Made by a program: the position numbers and the translations under genes. From assembly GCA_002811645.1 (NCBI GenBank), contig PDIP01000011.1, positions 190,435 through 254,434 on the forward strand: DNA of 64,000 nt. Reading direction: 5' to 3'. The notes under the pieces were generated by a model. It had not been told where the DNA came from and searched no databases. It worked only from the letters and a program-made list of their open reading frames with translations. Positions 11,401-21,740 of the stretch are shown here, in pieces; position 1 is the stretch's first letter; each line of letters opens with the position of its first letter. The DNA comes from Corallochytrium limacisporum Hawaii. Lineage: Eukaryota > Protista > Pluriformea.

Positions 11401-12325
11401 CGCTCTGCACTCCCACTTCCGTCGCCGTGGTAGAAACCCCGTCGAAATTAGATTTGTCGTCTGTCTTCATGCACTTTTTCTCATCCGTAGCATATTTCAA
11501 CATGGCATGGTCTCTATCTGGTGTGGAAAAGCAAGACATATCAAAGTGTGGCGTCTCACCATCGTATCCTCTTCCCTGTATGTTCTCCACGATATTGCGA
11601 ACATTCGCATTCATCTTTTCTTTGTGCTCGTTCTGGGGAGTAGTGTTGCTTGCGGGCACAACAGACATGATGGCGCTAAAGTGTGCCGTTGCCGACATAA
11701 GCGTATCGCTGCCTTTGCAAGAGGTGGAAATGGACTCTGATTGTTGTCGCGCGCATGGGATTCGGCTCCCTGGCAATCCCGGCGTTTCCATCACAGATGG
11801 CGACCCGTTGTCTCCGAGCCGATTACAATCAAGGGGAAGTAGAGGAGTTCTTATACTGCCGTCTACCCTTGCGATCTTCAGTTTTGGAAGAACCAAGTCG
11901 ATGCCCCTCTGTGGTGAATATTCTTCATCTTCATGGATTCTCTTTGCAGATCGTGTTAAACTACTGTCTTTGACTATCGGTGAACCGTCAATACCGACTG
12001 CATCATTGTCGTGAGTGAAATCGGGCTTTCGAGCAGTATGCGCAATCATGGGTGTAGTGCCCTCCAATGCCCGCATCGGTTCTGTCTTGCGCCTTTCGCT
12101 ATTGTTTATATCAGCCGCTAATGTCTGCTCGCTGACATTCTTCATTGCCTTAATCTCTGTATTTTCTTTGTCCTGGGCCGCTTCTTTAGCACGTTTCTGG
12201 CTTTCGCGTCTCGCCCTGACAAGAGCCGACCACCCAATAGCAACATGGCTGAGATCTACTGAATCTAATTCTTTGTGGGCTTCTGACCGTGTCCTCGTGA
12301 AGGGACATTTCTTTGATTTCCCCAT
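8468..12325 (-). CDS. BRCA2: BRCA2/Brh2-like recombination mediator, 1285 aa
   Basis: BRC repeats PSFTTASNRTV and GFQTGSGKGVNLSKKA; helical domain WTKNHYKWIVQKL..VLDQLRIRYEVE; OB1 KKICEGD..PMVLFIS..ELSDGWYAI..GNSSRRVQWHMRLG; further OB-like folds downstream. Confidence 0.93.
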   Translation of the reverse strand: MGKSKKCPFTRTRSEAHKELDSVDLSHVAIGWSALVRARRESQKRAKEAAQDKENTEIKAMKNVSEQTLAADINNSERRKTEPMRALEGTTPMIAHTARKPDFTHDNDAVGIDGSPIVKDSSLTRSAKRIHEDEEYSPQRGIDLVLPKLKIARVDGSIRTPLLPLDCNRLGDNGSPSVMETPGLPGSRIPCARQQSESISTSCKGSDTLMSATAHFSAIMSVVPASNTTPQNEHKEKMNANVRNIVENIQGRGYDGETPHFDMSCFSTPDRDHAMLKYATDEKKCMKTDDKSNFDGVSTTATEVGVQSDTPVSVSGINKGFKSPGVENSTPMAKPANEGLTMPSFTTASNRTVSFKVTNPRAARVMAELQQDMHAPVHTLTRDFVSDKDSGVDSEGRTPVTERNGNALIETVHDSGVGFQTGSGKGVNLSKKAQVAMARFAAMANEEVGEDFMKIAKAEVDQIEGTDLKQDSGKKPKTPILNRNSLSVDTPGFTGIGKVGSGFKSPSLAKTPMLPHANMPTRPTSLLAGGGTRAVTPMMNRCAKTKGGSGIMPRPVRRTALSGGSTFKRQQRTKMPTAAATPQTATIKSGRVCAPTSTNTARIAQSIIKLAQDYPSVERVPLKAMDLITPSPKEQLLAAASLLYHRMPASTESKRAGIKAGEDDRIGWEELRDAMLNDSRVISSLVTDAWTKNHYKWIVQKLMSMDRAFGAKRCKPANVLDQLRIRYEVEVVRVKKSAVKKICEGDVPASVPMVLFISKVLESEGNIVVELSDGWYAIPAKFDSVLSRAFKQCKLRLGSKIFVCQSDLVVAGGEQQFDALDVPGGAHLRIFGNSSRRVQWHMRLGIHQSHGVTITKKHQIMPGGGLISRVRCFLMRQHAVEIMLLLANGDKITLSERSYQHLMSLADAGGNVGTHASMGARISHEAYKLITSTTKMIPQVSFDILLEGDDPDDPRSPLKLTMKGLDSDFKPKLGRLYVITHLHPAGLEGDSGGQITALRASSMTRLKIASFGAKSTHSLPLERSVPPVQMTPFENMMAPVSRATRTATVNVSGTVCWLGPVETSKATRSHGNKGENTSASIELPVIRDSIQRLTLIDGEGNLLHVQLPRPVAVMGLTGLLREGNTVCLSNVRQGPFDHRFAMGRIFATPSTTYAKTEALDRPSVTVRGMLRAFSVDLLTKSDPPVQWDKISGYVTEFETADKDSMCSVILDDGIYGHKLELKGDTGNYAIGLLAKQAHINNHNHFSFWQKREGKGKPTCARIQRTTINLHLVRSILEDQTRAINL

Positions 12326-12608
12326 GGGACCTACCCTCTCATTTCAGCTCCTACATACTCGTCGCTGATCTTCACAATGCTCGATGTCTTCGTATATAGT
12401 GTTGAATATATAGTGAACTGTTGCAGTGCTGGCAACCATATAATATCTTAGAGAAGATATTTATCTGAAATAATTCTAATAGCAACAGCGATCAATGTAC
12501 TGTACCATGAGGCTCCTGACGAGTTCACTCCTCGGCACCGGTCTCACTCTCGAAGTCTCCTCCTGCAGCTGTTGAGCTCAGGGCGGGCACCGGCAGCGAC
12601 CTCCCAAA

Positions 12609-12631
12609 TTCAAACGGTCCGCGCGCGAAAA
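12609..12631 (-). promoter_or_regulatory. E2F/CDE + CHR composite element upstream of BRCA2
   Basis: Minus strand reads TTTTCGCGCGCGG-ACCG-TTTGAA: E2F site, CDE CGCGG, 4-nt spacer, CHR. Confidence 0.6.
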
Positions 12632-13563
12632 ACGCGGGTCCGCCCAAGTGGGTGATTGCGAAACGACTTTCTATACTGAACATACCTGCATCATAACCGC
12701 CGCAGCGGTCAGTTCTTTTTTTTTCACTTGTGTGGAGCAGCCTCCGCCAAGCCGCCCGGGGAGGGGGGGGGGGGGGGGCCGGAATTTGACCTGAAAATGT
12801 CAAAGTTGCGGGCGGTTAGTTTTGCCTTCCCTTTGTTTGGATCATACACAACCCTTCTCCCCCTGGAGTGGTTTGTACTCGTCCATTGGTCGCTTTCACA
12901 GTGGAGATTATAATATACTTTAAATGCAAACTTTACTCAATTCGTAGCTGATCTGTGGACATTGTAATGTATTTAAAATATATATATATATATTCATTAT
13001 CCTGAAAGTGATCTGATATACTGAATGCATTGAAATAATGATCACGGAAATCAGTGCTCAGCAGATTTAGAAAGGAAGTTGCCGGGTGGTGTCAAAATTT
13101 ACTCCTGGCGACACACCATTTCAAAATTTGTAAGAAGTGTCCGCTGGGCCGCGAGAAATAGTAATGGTCCGGAGGCGAGTGGGGATTAACATCTACCAAA
13201 AATCTGTTTCTGAACGGACCCCTGCCAGAAGCTCTGTGTGTGCTCAACGCGAAAGTGTTTCGTCCAGGAAGACACAGCGATACTGCCTTTTCTTCACTGC
13301 GCTTGTGGACACCCTGCAACGAATCGTACTATTCGTAGCCCAGTCATGGAACAGAGTGTCATCGCACACGTGCCCTGCCCCCCACCCCCCCCCTCCCCGA
13401 TCGAAACACACAAGTTTCACATCAGGCAGCGGGTTCCATATCTCCTACTCCCCACAGCAGAGATATTCCACCTGCGGTCAAGACACATGCGCCGGAGACT
13501 CTGCCAATAGATAAAGTACAGCACTCACGAACCCAAAAAAAGAAAATTAACAAGTAACGCATT

Positions 13564-13767
13564 AGGGCGATGGGTTCGCTACCGCTATCGGCATACTGTA
13601 TCGGAAACTAGCGTCCGTGGTCGTTCACACACTCACGACGTGGGCTTGCTAAAGGTTCATATCTGTTGTATGCGTCTGGAGTATGCAACCACCCTTGGAC
13701 GTTTGCTAAAAGCGGTTTGCTCGATCTGGAGGAGTTGCAACCTTCACCGGTGATTTCGGTCGCACCT
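13564..13767 (+). ncRNA. Candidate structured non-coding RNA, family unknown
   Basis: Hand-folded nested helices cover almost the whole span, with G-U pairs favouring the + strand; followed by ATTTTTG at 13789-13795. Confidence 0.4.
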
Positions 13768-14501
13768 TAATATTCGTACCCACCATGTATTTTTGAATGA
13801 GAGCAAAGAAAATGTGCACCGGGACTAGAGATAGCTCTTGGCCGTGCCACATGTGTGGCGCACATTTTCGAAACCATGCACAGTTTGAACTGGGAGAAAC
13901 AGGGGGGTAGGGGCTCCCTGGGGAGGCAAAGACGATTGGGGCCGTGTGTGGTGGTGGGTTGGAGAAATGAGGACCATATGTAGCCCCGCTATCCCAACTG
14001 AAGATAGAGCAGCCCCCATCCCACCATAGACGGTACTGCTCCAGGACACGAGTAAGACATAGTCGACCGTGTAGAAACATGTTAATGAAGCTCTTTCCGT
14101 AGCCTTTAACAGAATGTGGCATATCTTACTGTTGATGCAGCTGCATTGAGCTGGTAAGGTGTGCCTCCCCCCCCCCCGGGGGGAGTCCAACAGACGAATG
14201 AAGACTGGGCTGAATTGACAAGACGTTGTCGGCTTAGATTGGGTGGTGGACAAAGCTTGCAGTATGATCGTGATACAGGAACACGAGGCAAACGACAGTA
14301 GTAATGAGCAAGTTTCTTTATGTTTTTGTATTTTTGTCTTTCTAGATATGGATTACAAACGAATGATTTGTGCCTTATGCTACAATGCTTTGTCAGAACT
14401 GTGCTTAATAAGAACTGCGTGATGGCTTTTGAACATGTATAACCGTCGTCAACATGGCCTCTGTTTTCCGCTTTTTATACTGCTTGTGGTGCCCGACCTG
14501 C

Positions 14502-14924
14502 TTACATCTTGATCTGGCCAGTCATGGGATCAATACCGCCAGGCGCTGTCGTGGAAGGTGCACCCGTCATGGGGTCGTAACCTGGAATGATCGGGGCAGC
14601 GGTGGTGCGGATCTGGCCGGTGACGGGGTCAATGCCGCCAATGGGAACACTGTTGGGTCCGGTGTAGGGTGGGGGCATGCCCGCTGGGGTACCCATTGGG
14701 GCACCCATAGCCGGGTGCGGGTTTACACCATAGCTGACTGTGTGGGCGTAGTATGGTCCCGTAGTTTGTTGTGGCTGTTCTGGATCTGTATACTTGTCAA
14801 CGCTGCGCTTGATCAATCCAAAGCAGGCACACTGAATGTAAATTGCGGTGCAGAAACCCACCACAAAAAGCACACCGATGATAACAAAGATGGCAATGAA
14901 GGCAGGAGGAGGTCCACCGTCCAT
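14502..14924 (-). CDS. Small single-pass membrane protein with Cys cluster, PPPY motif and three DPxTG repeats, 140 aa
   Basis: Hydrophobic AFIAIFVIIGVLFVVGFCTAIYI, CAC juxtamembrane, Pro/Gly-rich tail; A/C-rich start context (aacagaaacaATG) like neighbouring genes. Confidence 0.75.
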   Translation of the reverse strand: MDGGPPPAFIAIFVIIGVLFVVGFCTAIYIQCACFGLIKRSVDKYTDPEQPQQTTGPYYAHTVSYGVNPHPAMGAPMGTPAGMPPPYTGPNSVPIGGIDPVTGQIRTTAAPIIPGYDPMTGAPSTTAPGGIDPMTGQIKM

Positions 14925-17471
14925 TGTTTCTGTTTGTGTTGGTCTGAGTTTTGTACTTTCTAAATGTTGTCGTCTCCCGAAGGTGATTGCTATTTAACTC
15001 CCGAGAGGAAACTCTTCAAGAGAATCCTGTCCTTGTATCGTTTAAGTACCCAGAATTGCGACATCTCGAGTCGGCACCTAAGTTTGTCCCCTCTGCCCTG
15101 CTCGTTGCCTGTACTTCGCCAGAATTTTTCGTCTAGCTCGAGATGAGCACCTCAGCTACACGTCTACGTGCAGCCACTTGTCCACATCCCCCTATGGCTC
15201 AGGTATAGTGAATCTCTTCAGCGCGACACTGCGACAAAGGACGCACCGGTGTCAGAAAAAAAATGCAATTTTCTGACTTGCCCTGCGCCATTCTCAACGG
15301 TTCTTTCCCCCCCCTCCCCCGCCGCTTCCCCATTCCTTTCATCGTCCTTCTACTCTGTCCTCCCTAGGCGCCTACGTCTATTCATACATTTTGAATGCTT
15401 TCAAACACCCTCTTCCAGCATCTTCCGTTTTACCTGTCTTCCATTCGCAACAGAGCATCAGATACACCCACATTGACGTAAATCCCCCACTTGTCGTACT
15501 GAAAGTACGGATTCAAAACACCCATTCTGGCACTTCTTATCTCAAATACATTGATATACACAAGATGTGTGGCACAGTTCATGGTTCCAAACATGGGAAA
15601 TTCCATACTAAGTGTTGGACATTTCTAGCAGGTTCCATTCCGATTTCACGGTTTTAGCTGACTACTATCTCGGACTCATATCGAGAGCCCTCGATCACAG
15701 GTACGGTCACGGGTAACCATCAACCCACGCACAGTGCAGCCACCGGTCGCTCCACCAGTACACCAAGTTAGTTTCCTTACGGGCACCTCGCATAACTCAA
15801 TATGGCGAACCATACCGATGCGATTCGAGTGAAAGAATCGGTTGCCTCTCGTTCTTGTACAGTTAGTGCAGCCCAGCCGATACCCAAACCACCTCCCCCC
15901 GGAGGGGTCCCATTTTCCCTATCTCTTTTCCTCCTTCCTGTCCGGGAGCCCTCGTTACAACCCATTCGTAAGCATAGGTGTCATGTTATGGGAAAAAAAG
16001 TACTTACGACCTTCCTAGGCCGAACACAGCGGGTTTAGATAAGATGGGTGCCTTGCCAATTTCAGAAACCAATATCCCTTCCATCCAATCCGCAAGCAGC
16101 GTCGGAGAAACAACGTACAGCAGATACGTCCTACATGCTGGGCAGCTGCGAATTTAGAATCCTGAACCGCACAAAAGGTACCACAAGAGTCCTATCGTAG
16201 GGCCAACCATATGAGTAGGAGCATTGAGTAAGCACGCACGTCCAATGACAGCAAGGAATCTCCGGGACCCTCCGCTGCAGGAAGCAGTCGTCGCAAGGGG
16301 CCCAGAAAAAAAAATCCTTTCCCATTTCCTAGGTAAACTCGAAATCCCGTGCCCCGCTTCCTTTCCCTTGGTAAACTATTCTGAAAAAGGGAACGCAACC
16401 CCGAAGGGGACCACCACCAGAAGAAAGATTTTTCAATGGTTGAACCCCCCCCCCCCCGATGGCCCCCCCCCCGGGGGGAAAAACCGAAGGGTGTCTCTTT
16501 TTGCCCAGTTCTTTAGTAGCTATTTCTATATTTGGAAATGACTAAACAGTATTTCCTGCCAAAGGGAGCGACGCCGTGAGGGCATAGTATTTGTCGAAAA
16601 TATTTACTTCAATCCCGTACTTTTCATATAGCGTCTGGTGTGATTCGTTTTTCAGATAAATACTAGCACAGGTACCCTCAGAAACCCACTCAGCAGCAAT
16701 AAAATATACTGGGTTTTATATTATAGATCTCTATAAAAAATTGTAATAACATAATAAGTATTTTGTGTTCTGATCTAATATACGGATTCTTTTAAGCGGT
16801 TTTCTTTTGCCTTTACAGCTGTAGAGCTCTCTCTCTGCTCGCCAGATCACTCCCCCTCCGAAGAGGCCGCTGCTGCCGGTCCAAGTTAGAAAGAGCCCAA
16901 AACGACGAATGCCCGTGGTTGCGTTGCGTTTGTGACCTGGGTGAGCGCCCCGGTGGGCCAGAGAGGGCAAAAGACTTAGGAGCGGCCTGCCCCGCGCGGC
17001 CGGGGGGGGGGGGGGGGAGAAGACCCCAGAGGAAAAGGGGGGAGAAGCAAGCGCAAGATCCGGAGAGGCCTTCCGACCTGGAGAGCCAACATTTCGTCGG
17101 GCTACCGTTCGGACGGGCGACGGATCGCATGAGCAGGACCATTCACGAAAGGGCATTGGAAGGGCCCTAGAATGCGTTATCAGTGACTTTCTTGCTCTGT
17201 GGTTCATCGACACCAACAACGACACGCTGTCGATCTATGGGGAGCTACTTGTCGGGCAGGGACGATATGTCATTCCTTGAAGTTTGAAAACGCGACAGGC
17301 AGAATACACTTTTAGCATAGCGTTCGATGCTTTGATTAATGGGAATAGATCAGGGGTTATTTACTGGTGCTCTGTGGTCTGTGACTCCATGTGTGGGTTC
17401 TCCAGAATTAAAAATGCTTTTAAAGGGTAAAGTTGTGAGTTTTGATAATGTTAAGACTGTCTTTGGACCGC

Positions 17472-20400
17472 TCAACGCCTCGCCCGGGTAGAAGCGCGTC
17501 GGCCAGAGTCTCCACGGATGATATTGCGCCTCTTCCCTGTGATCGGCGTCGACTTCGCAGTCGTATTCATTGTGTTTACTGAAATCTCCCCGAGCACCCG
17601 ACGAGAGCGCTTGGCGGGGACAACAGAAGCAGGGGATGATGACGATGCGGGATCAAAAGATTCTTGTGGGTTCTCATCATCGGACTCTGAGGCGCTTCGC
17701 TTTCGAGTACTACGGCTTCGTTTGCTGTCGTTGGCTCTACGCAAAGAACTGCGACGGGTTGAGCGTTCGGAGCTTCTGGCCTCCTGTGTTTCTTCGGGGG
17801 CCTCCTGCTGCTCCTCTTCCTCAAGCTCCATGCTCTCTTCGATCGTCTGACGGCGGCGAGCAGCACGGGCTGCACGGTCGCTGACTGCGCTGGTTGGAGT
17901 AGGTGCGGAACTTGATGCGGCAGCTGGTGTCTCGGAAATTTCCACTTGTGAAACCTGCGTTTCAAATGCGGCAGCAGCAGGTGTGGACTCCTCGGTGTCC
18001 ATTGGAACAGCGACAGAAGCCTGAGCGGGAGACTCCTGGGTGGACTTCTCCGGTGTTTCCGGTTCATAGGCGGCCCGATCGCGCCGAACCTCGTAACCAG
18101 ATGGTAGACTGGGCATATCAACAACGGTCAGGGTCGTCTCGCGACGCTTAAAGTATGTACCGCTGACACCGGCTTTGGGCATGAGCTCCCATCGGGCCTG
18201 GGTCATAGTTGTTGAGGTGCTGGCCGTGTACTGGATTAGCGCCGAGGTCAGGGCGCACAGTATGTACAAATTATTGTCCAGGGTGTCGTCCTTGGCACTG
18301 AAATTCTTTAGAATGGTGGTCAGCACCGTTTGCATGAACTCAATCGAATGCTCCTTGGTCGATAACACGGCTTCAATGAAGAACATAAGCGGGTCTTCCA
18401 TTTCCCGTAGATCTTTGGGTTGGGTCAGATCGAGAGAACGCTTGCTGGCCTCTTTGGCCAGCAAAACCAACAAGAATTGCAGACCATTCTCGGGAAGGAC
18501 AAGCAGTGCAGAACCAACGTTAGAGTTCATGCTCATCCACCGGGCCCGTTTGAGGGCCAGGCTCTGCTTCAGCGTAGCCCTAGCACTCTGTACCATGATA
18601 TTACTGTACTTTCCGCTGTCCGAGTTGAAAGCGACAATACAGGGCATCACATCAAAGGCTACCGGACAATGGCGGGTCTGTTGACGTAGGACATTGACAA
18701 ATGTCTCACGGACATAGATACTATCGTCCTGCAGGACATTGGCAATAGCAAACATGTAGTCCAGGTTCATTTGCGAACGCACAGCGCTCGAGGTCTGGGC
18801 CTTGATAACTCCTTTGGCTGCGGTCAGACGCAAGTGGCGACGCAGATGCACTGGAGTATCCTTGAGGCGGCACAATTCGCCGTGACCTTCGATGCAAGCG
18901 CGCAGGAGACGGAGAATAGAAATGCGTACGGTCTCATGGACAGTTTCCTTGTCATTGCCCCGCAGAATGTTGGTCATAAGCTTGAGAGCCTCTACACGAA
19001 GCGGGGGAAGCGCAGTGCTGGACATTTTTTCGCTTTCGTAGTCAATGTGCTTCTGTTCGTAGTCGATCTGACGAGGGAAGAAGCCATCGGCGTGCACACT
19101 CTTGGTTAGCCCAGGTACCACAAACTGAACGACCGCCTGCTGATAGACTTGCATGAAGTCTCTGATGCGGTAGCGAGCACCCTTTGAGAGCACCAGCAGA
19201 CCAGTCATGGCCTGCTTGACATTGCCATCGGCTGTTTCCATCTTTTCCAGACCTGTGTTCAGGAGATCTTCGGCCATGGCAGAGTCCGCCAGGGCGGTGT
19301 ACAGAGCCTTGGAGAGCAGCTTCTGTGAGTGTACCGGGGTCGCGTCGTCAAAGAGAACGTCCCAGCAAACATCACGCAGGTTCTTAACTTGCTTATTATT
19401 ACGGTTGTTTGTATGCACCAGAGCCAGGCACCGCAGCAGGGGAACATTCAGTGGAGCCATTGTTTCCGTACGCACGGACTTGTGCTTCTTTCGGCTGCCC
19501 TTGCGGGAAGATTTCTTGGCCGGTGTGGCACTTTCAATACTGTCTTTCAAGTATGTGGTGCTCAACTTCAGGAACTGCGGCCCGCTGACCAGAGAGCGGT
19601 CAATTTCGGCCATTCGCCACACAAACTCGGACAGAAGATCAGCAACTGTGGCATCTTCCACGTTCTTCTGCACAAGGCCATTCTCAATGCATGTTGCAAT
19701 ACTGAATGGATATAGCCACGTCATACGGAGTGACTTGATGAAGAACCACATACTGGCTTCGTCCTCATCAAGGTCTTCTGTGGTGACTTCTGCCAAGGGA
19801 TTGCTGACGTCCTTCTCCTCAGCTTCTTCAAGCTTTGTCAGGAGCTCAGCATGGCGTTCCTGTCGTAGGAATTCATCCAAAGCCATGCGCATTTCCTTGT
19901 CCATTTCAGCCTTATGTGCAAGGGCACCGAGTTCGGACTGGTAGCTGACTTCATCAGCGGAAATAACATGCTCTAAGCTGGTAAGCACCTTCCTCAACTG
20001 GGCACGGATGGCCAAAGATTGGCGACAGAAGCCAGTGAAGTATTGACGGGCATGTTCGTGCGCGGCCAGGCCTTCCACGATGAGATCACTCAACCATTCT
20101 TCTTTCTGTACGTCGTGGAGACGCTCAAAAGCCCTGCAAAGTACCTGTGTAGTATTGCGTTTACGACTATGATCCTGAATATAGAAAAGGTAGGTCATCA
20201 GAGCAGCACACAGCCACTGCAGAGGCACCACACCGTCTGCTTCCTGAAATTCGTCTATGTCCCAGGTGACCAAGGTTTGCATGTACTCTGCCACAGCAGA
20301 ACCAACGGTATTCCGCACATTGGCCCGCTTATCTTTGAGCCTCTGAATCACAGTCTGACGCAGAAGCGTACGGGTCTTAGCAGACCAAGAAAGTTCTTTC

Positions 20401-21740
20401 TCTTCGGTAACCCAATCCTTCATCACCAGGCTCAGTAGGCATAAAGCAGCGGTCCCACGGCACCGCTCGTCCAGACTTTTCTCGCTCACCCTGAGCATGA
20501 CATTAATGGCAGCTGGTGAGGTGAAGGCTGCAGAATCATTTTTCAGGCTCCCCAGGACATTGGCCAGGACAGAATGCCTCATGGAGCCCTTCAGTGACAA
20601 ATCGGCGGCGAGAGAAATGTAATCAACTGAGACACCTCCGTAGGTACCCTGACTCACATCCAGATCACCGATCTCAAAATTCTCTAAGGGAAGTGCGCAA
20701 ACATTACCCCACAACTCCATTGCAGTCTCACGGACAGGAGAAATGGCGTATCCAGCAGGTACATTTGCGTTCTTAGCTCTGAGGTCGGCACCAGCTCCGC
20801 CTTTCAATGCTTGGCTGAGGCTGGAAAGCATCATTTGTACAGCGTCTTCGTGATGGGCCAGCATAAAGTGGACAATGCGAGTCATTTCATCGATCTTACG
20901 CTTCTGCTTCTTTCTGTCCTTGGTCTCACCGACAGACTTGAAGAAAATGCCCAGAAACTCGTACCAACCGATATCCAGCTTGTCTTTGCACTGTGTAACG
21001 ACCTTGTTGACGGCAGACATGACCCGGCTAACTTCCTGCTCGGGGTCTTCCATGTGGGTCGCAATCACTCTGCAAAAGTGGTTTACAAACATCTGGGCGT
21101 TGGTTCCGTCGATCAACTCGGTGGCTCCTTGCAGCAGAATATTGGAAAACAGGCGTCCCTCTGCTTTGTCATGGTCGACTTTAAGCACCGTCATGATGGT
21201 ATCCACGAACCGAGTCACATTCATTCGTGTCTCCTCAGCTTCCTGTTCATTGGAAGGCTCACGGTATTTGGCAATAGCCATGCCGCACATGTCGAGATAG
21301 CGTTGAATTATGGGTAAGGCCTGCTTGTAGGCAGAACCCTTGGGCTTTCTGCAGACTGCCAAGACCGCAAGGAACATGTTGTGACATATTTGTAGGTCTG
21401 CATGTGTGCATTCCCCTAGTACGGCATCCGCGTCGTCGTTAATAACCAGTAGACGGAAAATAGTATCGCTCATGATCATGGCGAGTTCTGTGGTGGCCCC
21501 GAGGTCGTTGTACATCCGAAGCGTAGTCTTCACAAAGCGTCCTGTCTTGGGTGACACCGCGATGGTTCCTGCTTGAAGTGCTGCGTCCGGGTCCTCCAAA
21601 GGTTCAAGGAAGCGCACCACGGCTTTCAAGACGGTAACTGCGTCCTTTGCATTTTCAGCGTTTTCCAACTGTGAAATGAAATCGTTCTTGGCAGGTGCCT
21701 TGCCGCTCCCCGACTGGCGCTTACTCTTGCGAGTCGGCAT
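17472..21740 (-). CDS. PDS5: Sister chromatid cohesion protein PDS5-like HEAT-repeat protein (divergent), 1422 aa
   Basis: QRLKDKRANVR, HLRLTAAKGVIK, LQDDSIYVRETFVNVL, LPENGLQFLLVLLA and NLYILCAL resemble PDS5 conserved blocks; disordered basic C-tail. Confidence 0.8.
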   Translation of the reverse strand: MPTRKSKRQSGSGKAPAKNDFISQLENAENAKDAVTVLKAVVRFLEPLEDPDAALQAGTIAVSPKTGRFVKTTLRMYNDLGATTELAMIMSDTIFRLLVINDDADAVLGECTHADLQICHNMFLAVLAVCRKPKGSAYKQALPIIQRYLDMCGMAIAKYREPSNEQEAEETRMNVTRFVDTIMTVLKVDHDKAEGRLFSNILLQGATELIDGTNAQMFVNHFCRVIATHMEDPEQEVSRVMSAVNKVVTQCKDKLDIGWYEFLGIFFKSVGETKDRKKQKRKIDEMTRIVHFMLAHHEDAVQMMLSSLSQALKGGAGADLRAKNANVPAGYAISPVRETAMELWGNVCALPLENFEIGDLDVSQGTYGGVSVDYISLAADLSLKGSMRHSVLANVLGSLKNDSAAFTSPAAINVMLRVSEKSLDERCRGTAALCLLSLVMKDWVTEEKELSWSAKTRTLLRQTVIQRLKDKRANVRNTVGSAVAEYMQTLVTWDIDEFQEADGVVPLQWLCAALMTYLFYIQDHSRKRNTTQVLCRAFERLHDVQKEEWLSDLIVEGLAAHEHARQYFTGFCRQSLAIRAQLRKVLTSLEHVISADEVSYQSELGALAHKAEMDKEMRMALDEFLRQERHAELLTKLEEAEEKDVSNPLAEVTTEDLDEDEASMWFFIKSLRMTWLYPFSIATCIENGLVQKNVEDATVADLLSEFVWRMAEIDRSLVSGPQFLKLSTTYLKDSIESATPAKKSSRKGSRKKHKSVRTETMAPLNVPLLRCLALVHTNNRNNKQVKNLRDVCWDVLFDDATPVHSQKLLSKALYTALADSAMAEDLLNTGLEKMETADGNVKQAMTGLLVLSKGARYRIRDFMQVYQQAVVQFVVPGLTKSVHADGFFPRQIDYEQKHIDYESEKMSSTALPPLRVEALKLMTNILRGNDKETVHETVRISILRLLRACIEGHGELCRLKDTPVHLRRHLRLTAAKGVIKAQTSSAVRSQMNLDYMFAIANVLQDDSIYVRETFVNVLRQQTRHCPVAFDVMPCIVAFNSDSGKYSNIMVQSARATLKQSLALKRARWMSMNSNVGSALLVLPENGLQFLLVLLAKEASKRSLDLTQPKDLREMEDPLMFFIEAVLSTKEHSIEFMQTVLTTILKNFSAKDDTLDNNLYILCALTSALIQYTASTSTTMTQARWELMPKAGVSGTYFKRRETTLTVVDMPSLPSGYEVRRDRAAYEPETPEKSTQESPAQASVAVPMDTEESTPAAAAFETQVSQVEISETPAAASSSAPTPTSAVSDRAARAARRRQTIEESMELEEEEQQEAPEETQEARSSERSTRRSSLRRANDSKRSRSTRKRSASESDDENPQESFDPASSSSPASVVPAKRSRRVLGEISVNTMNTTAKSTPITGKRRNIIRGDSGRRASTRARR

